DNA of 64,000 bases, from the NCBI RefSeq assembly GCF_000143415.4, contig NW_003314287.1:642203-706202 (forward strand), in the 5' to 3' direction. Source of the DNA: Selaginella moellendorffii (lineage: Eukaryota > Plantae > Lycopodiophyta). Made by a program: the position numbers and the translations under genes. This document shows, one piece after another, positions 62,461 through 64,000 of the stretch (the stretch's first letter is position 1; each line of letters opens with the position of its first letter). The notes below the pieces were generated by a model. The model was not told where the DNA came from, did no database searches, and saw nothing but the letters and a program-made list of their open reading frames with translations.

Positions 62461-64000
62461 TCAAACACTTATATCCATGATGGATTCCATGATATTCATC
62501 TTAACATTCTTTAATCCCTTCACAAAAGGATAATCCTTGCTTTGATGTTCAACCTTGTGGCAATGAAAATAATTATCCTTCATCTTATCTTTCCCATTAA
62601 TCTAAATGAAGTTTCTTAGCCTTATTGCCATCTCCTTTCTTTGAGCCACAACGCAGCAATGGTCATTTCTTCCCTAAATGTGAAGCATTAGTTAGTTGAT
62701 CATCACGTTGACTACCCTGTTGACCATCCCATTGACCATAGTTGATTGACGGTTTTGACAAAAAGATCTAATAACATCAATTAATATTCCTGGAAAATCC
62801 TTTTTGACCTTTTATTACACATTTAATAAGCTCAAACCTTTAATGAAATATTGCACCTTTAATAGCTTATTATAGGTGCTTGTGAGAATGTGAAACTTGC
62901 AAGCATACACATTTAAAGATAAAGTGCTTTACTTGATCTTTAGTGATTAGCCTCTACAAAATTCTTGATAAATGAAGTGCAAAAAGCTTTTGTCAAATCA
63001 CTCCAAAAACTTGATTTTAGATTAACTTTGATGTAGTTTTTTCATGCCACAAAAAAGCATGTGTAAGCTTCCTCATAAAAAAACAATCTTCACCTTGTTT
63101 TCACAAGAATTGTATGATTAACAACTTTTCCATGAGTCCAACTAACAATCAACCTTTTGGTTATCATAAATATTTAATTGCAACTTCCATTCCATAATAC
63201 CATAATCCTTGGCATGTTTGACATACCAATGGTAATCATGAATATAAGATTGATTCAACCTTTGAGCATTAATATGAAATAACCTTAATGAAATTGATGA
63301 AATCTTGCTTTAAGCCTTAGTAATTTGGCATCCTTGCTACACAATGACATTATCAAGAGTCTCTTCTTTTTTGTCATGGCCATCATTATTAAAGCTATAC
63401 ACCTCATCAAGATTTATATTTTGCTTATTTCCCATCTTGAAAAGAATGTTACTAATGAAATGCACAAAGAACAAACCCTAGGCTAACCTTAAGCTATAAA
63501 CAATTCTTGGAATATTCCTGTAGTTTGTGTCATGTTGCTAATTGGTTTTGGTGTTCTATACACTTAATTTCCATTACAATACTTTGAAGAATTGACATTA
63601 AATTAGCTAAAGAAGAACACATTTAAAACATATTTATTTAAAATTCTCTCTTATAAATATGAATATTAAATACAGCTAAAACTTAATTAAAATATATATT
63701 CATATAATTATAAATATTCTCATATTTAATAATTTTTAAGTAGGAATTTTTCTTAACCATATTAAATTTTTTCTCTTAAACCTTTAAAATGATCAAAATG
63801 ATGAAATGATCAAATAATTTATTTATATTAAATTTCAGACTCTATACTTACTATCCACAAAAATATTTTTAATAATAATAATAAATTTCTTTTGTTTATT
63901 TATTTTTATTTTTACATTTTGTATAGTTCTCAAAATAAGAAAACAGTCTTTAATTTTTTATTATTTTTTAATTATGTGACTCCATGCACTCACACTTACA

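Larger units (their letters stand above)
49530..64000. repeat. Second unit of a ~15 kb tandem segmental duplication (first unit ~34150-49500)
   Basis: Offsets 14767 (36532/51299), 14769 (38065/52834; 41374/56143), 15114 (46026/61140). Confidence 0.92.

Overview
Compact, intron-rich eukaryotic (land plant) genomic DNA with very short introns of about 50-80 nt. The short introns, many PLS-type PPR remnants and a PTPDC1-like gene suggest a seed-free plant such as the lycophyte Selaginella (inference). Left part (1-23.5 kb) is ordinary gene-dense sequence: two tandem macrodomain genes with atypical ligand loops, a PTPDC1-like phosphatase, an AGCVIII/AGC2 kinase, a membrane protein of unknown function with a degraded tandem copy, CLU/FRIENDLY, TIC21/PIC1 and a WAT1/UMAMIT transporter. 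Right part (24-64 kb) is a nested tandem-duplication field built from a UFC1 / cytochrome b5 reductase / secreted Pro-rich gene / PPR cassette, plus WAT1 fragments and Ty3/gypsy and hAT remnants, including a ~15 kb duplication. UFC1 and the reductase are each intact only once and all PPR copies are broken. In contrast, seven copies of a small secreted gene invisible to the ORF track mostly keep an open spliced frame: signal peptide, a 4-Cys mini-domain encoded by 16/32/15-nt micro-exons, a variable-length [10 protein letters not shown] repeat and a short His-containing tail. Its micro-exons are themselves tandemly duplicated in some copies. This micro-exon gene family and the naturally Gly-to-Glu macrodomains are the most novel candidates. 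All gene models were spliced by eye and need RNA evidence.
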